Shown piece after piece: positions 5,017-6,558 of a DNA stretch of 6,558 nucleotides; the stretch's first letter is position 1; each line of letters starts with the position of its first letter. This stretch comes from Chlamydiota bacterium (GTDB taxonomy: Bacteria > Auribacterota > JACPWU01). The notes beneath the pieces are model-generated. The model ran no database searches and was not told the origin of the DNA. It saw nothing but the letters and a program-made list of their open reading frames with translations. The DNA lies in the NCBI GenBank assembly GCA_016196885.1, contig JACPWU010000040.1, positions 1 through 6,558 of the forward strand, given 5' to 3'. The position numbers and the translations under genes were made by a program.

Positions 5017-5126
5017 AATTTCAATGGCCCTTTTGGGGGGCATCGTGTGCAATGAAAGCTCCACCCGCCTCCCTTATTTTGTAGTCGCCCCATTTATGGG
5101 GCTGCCCGATGAATCGGGCGACTACA
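5017..5126. repeat. REP-like element copy 3 (core 5080-5126, inverted) with conserved upstream flank
   Basis: The core is the exact reverse complement of 57-103 and 2113-2159. The flank 5017-5079 is in the same orientation as 2052-2112. Confidence 0.8.
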
Positions 5127-5218
5127 CAGGCTTGAACGGGAGAGAGGAATCCAACATCCATCATTCATGATCTATCATCCACTTTTATAACAAGAAGTAG
5201 GAAAAAAATAATTTTTTC

Positions 5219-5247
5219 TTGCCAGATTCTTTATTTTTTTGTATAGT
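5219..5247 (+). promoter_or_regulatory. sigma70-type promoter candidate for the C-element / tRNA-Tyr-Gly-Thr-tuf transcript
   Basis: TTGCCA, a 17-nt spacer, then TATAGT (5/6 match in each hexamer). It is preceded by an A/T-rich tract (AGGAAAAAAATAATTTTTTC). Confidence 0.5.
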
Positions 5248-5343
5248 TTCCAAAATTCAATAACTCTCTTAGGCACTAAAAAGTACCGTCTTTTTGTGCT
5301 TGAGGGAGTGTTTTTGCTTTTTATTTTCTGATGGATTCAAACG

Positions 5344-5562
5344 TTCAACCCATATTTTGCAATAGACGCGAGAACTCAAGAGCAAGAGCTTGAGCCAGAC
5401 AGGCCTTTGCAGTCCCTGTGGGATTGGCCTGAAGAAAACGTAGACATACTGTTTACCAGTATGTCGAGGCTTTCTGAAGGTCAAGATGGCCAAGATCTCA
5501 AGCTGTTATAGTCCCTGTGGGATGCGTCGAATTCCGCGGCCTGTTGCAAATTCTGGGTTCAA
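5344..5562 (+). repeat. C-element copy 3 (M/B domain only, with 26-nt internal insertion)
   Basis: It matches 4493-4687. CTCAAGCTGTTATAGTCCCTGTGGGA (5497-5522) replaces the GT at 4646-4647. The insertion repeats AGTCCCTGTGGGA from 5411-5423. Confidence 0.75.
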
Positions 5563-5691
5563 GGTTGGAGCAGATTCTCCCATCAATTTTTTCAGGGTTT
5601 TTTCGCTTCCAGGACCTTTATTCAATAAGTTAGGTATTTTAAGGTTTTGTCTGACCCTTTTTTTCTGATGTTGAGTCAGGAAGTTGAGCTA

Positions 5692-5773
5692 GGGCAGGTA
5701 CCAAAGTGGCCAACTGGGCCAGACTGTAAATCTGGTGGCTATGCCTTCGAAGGTTCGAATCCTTCCCTGCCCA
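5692..5773 (+). tRNA. tRNA-Tyr (anticodon GUA), long variable arm, no encoded CCA
   Basis: Acceptor GGGCAGG/CCTGCCC, anticodon arm CCAGA-CTGTAAA-TCTGG, T arm GAAGG-TTCGAAT-CCTTC. The layout parallels E. coli tRNA-Tyr. Confidence 0.93.
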
Positions 5774-5777
5774 AAAA

Positions 5778-5874
5778 GCAGGGTGTAGGGGTTAGGGTGT
5801 AGGGTATAGGGAAATAATGATTTTAATTAAGAACATTATTCCCTACACCCTAACCCCTACACCCTATTCCCTAC
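5778..5874. repeat. G-tract heptad palindrome 1 (long inverted repeat in the tRNA-Tyr/tRNA-Gly spacer)
   Basis: The left arm AGGGTGTAGGGGTTAGGGTGTAGGG (5780-5804) is perfectly complementary to 5841-5865. AATAATG (5813-5819) pairs with CATTATT (5834-5840). The loop is AT-rich and contains TTAATTAA. Confidence 0.85.
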
Positions 5875-5881
5875 TTTTATT

Positions 5882-5952
5882 GCGGGAGTAGCTCAATGGT
5901 AGAGTCCCAGCCTTCCAAGCTGGTCACGCGGGTTCGATTCCCGTCTCCCGCT
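5882..5952 (+). tRNA. tRNA-Gly (anticodon UCC), no encoded CCA
   Basis: Acceptor GCGGGAG/CTCCCGC, anticodon arm CCAGC-CTTCCAA-GCTGG, T arm GCGGG-TTCGATT-CCCGT. Confidence 0.93.
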
Positions 5953-5973
5953 CAAGGCAGAGCTTATATAAAA

Positions 5974-6080
5974 GCAGGGTGTAGGGGTTAGGGTGTAGGG
6001 TATGGGGAAATAATGAAAATAATGATTTTAATTAAGAACATTATTCCCTGCACCCTAACCCCTACACCCTATACCCTGCA
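5974..6080. repeat. G-tract heptad palindrome 2 (tRNA-Gly/tRNA-Thr spacer)
   Basis: The same 25-nt left arm (5976-6000) pairs with 6046-6070 with a single mismatch. A 9-nt tandem duplication (AAAATAATG) is present relative to copy 1. Confidence 0.85.
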
Positions 6081-6086
6081 TTTATA

Positions 6087-6159
6087 GCCGAGATAGCTCA
6101 GCTGGCAGAGCACGTCCTTGGTAAGGACGAGGTCACGGGTTCGATTCCCGTTCTCGGCT
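6087..6159 (+). tRNA. tRNA-Thr (anticodon GGU), no encoded CCA
   Basis: Acceptor GCCGAGA/TCTCGGC, D arm GCTC-AGCTGGCA-GAGC, anticodon arm CGTCC-TTGGTAA-GGACG, T arm ACGGG-TTCGATT-CCCGT. Confidence 0.93.
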
Positions 6160-6368
6160 CGTGATGAAAAGCTTAAAGGAATTAGTAAATTTAAGTCGGG
6201 TTCAGGTCTATAAGGTTTATGCAAGGGAATCGAATAGGAGGCCCGACTTATATTAGCAAATCATGCAGTGCATGATTTGCAATTCCTTAAGAGGGCCGGG
6301 TGGCCGACCGGAAGACGAGGCCTCAAGGCCGAGTCTGTAGGCGCCGATTCCCGTTCTCGGCTCGTGAT
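6142..6368 (+). mobile_element. T-loop-associated mini-element 2: ~179-nt insert bounded by 24-bp direct repeats of the tRNA-Thr(GGU) 3' part
   Basis: CGATTCCCGTTCTCGGCTCGTGAT occurs at 6142-6165 and again at 6345-6368. The repeat again starts at T-loop C56. The 109-nt core (6236-6344) is homologous to 4852-4960, with an 11-bp hairpin 6256-6266 paired with 6270-6280. Confidence 0.6.
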
Positions 6369-6418
6369 CAAATGCAGTGTTAAGCACTATTAACTGGTTT
6401 TAATGGGAGAAAAATTTC

Positions 6419-6558
6419 ATGGCCAAAGAGAAATTTGACAGAAAGAAGCCACACGTCAACATTGGAACGATCGGGCACGTAGATCATGGAAAAACGACCT
6501 TAACGAGCGCCATCACAAAAGTCCTATCGAAGAAGGGACTCGCACAGGCGAAAAGCTA
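6419..6558 (+). CDS. tuf: Elongation factor Tu, N-terminal fragment (continues beyond the window)
   Basis: It translates to [46 protein letters not shown] with the G1 motif GHVDHGKT. An RBS GGGAGA lies 8 nt upstream. Its position after a Thr-Tyr-Gly-Thr tRNA set matches the classical tufB context. Confidence 0.97.
   Translation, partial: MAKEKFDRKKPHVNIGTIGHVDHGKTTLTSAITKVLSKKGLAQAKS

Noticed and set aside
5486-5668. 60-aa plus-strand ORF downstream part of C-element copy 3
   Set aside because: It starts inside the repeat and has no RBS. Its product is low in complexity and has no counterpart in copy 2.
5781-5811. GGGTTAGGG-containing tract as a telomeric repeat
   Set aside because: It is an internal position between bacterial tRNA genes, only 4-5 imperfect heptads long, and forms one arm of a palindrome. 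The resemblance to telomere repeats is compositional.
4761-6368. A CRISPR array as an explanation for the many repeats
   Set aside because: The repeats belong to several unrelated families, are 47-300 nt long, are not regularly spaced with unique spacers of 30-40 nt, and no cas genes are present.

Overview
The window comes from a bacterium of diderm (Gram-negative) type with mid-range GC. I cannot assign a taxon by eye.

Left half (1-4342):
- An intact PemK/MazF-type toxin gene lies on the minus strand, with no intact antitoxin gene next to it.
- The plus strand then carries a REC+HD-GYP response regulator.
- Next is a FadL/OmpP1/TodX-family outer-membrane channel whose C-terminus appears to be replaced by a repeat fragment.
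- A stand-alone receiver protein and a Nudix hydrolase follow.

Right half (4343-6558):
- This is the classical tRNA-Thr(UGU) / tRNA-Tyr / tRNA-Gly / tRNA-Thr(GGU) / tuf (EF-Tu) cluster.
- It is stretched to about 1.7 kb by several families of non-coding repeats that I cannot assign to any known family.

The repeat families are:
1. Two ~200-bp inserts, one directly behind each tRNA-Thr gene. Each is flanked by a direct repeat of that tRNA's own 3' part, starting exactly at T-loop position C56. Both carry a conserved 109-nt core with a covarying 11-13 bp hairpin.
2. A ~200-300-nt highly structured 'C-element' in three copies plus one fragment. Two copies sit in the leaders of tRNA genes, and one module is inverted between copies.
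3. Two ~100-nt palindromes built from GGGTNTA heptads (G-quadruplex potential) that fill the tRNA-tRNA spacers.
4. A 47-nt REP-like double hairpin in three identical copies. In one copy the core is flipped relative to a conserved flank.

The most interesting candidates are the tRNA-T-loop-associated mini-elements and the C-element. All functional interpretations are inference from sequence patterns read by eye. No searches or folding programs were run.
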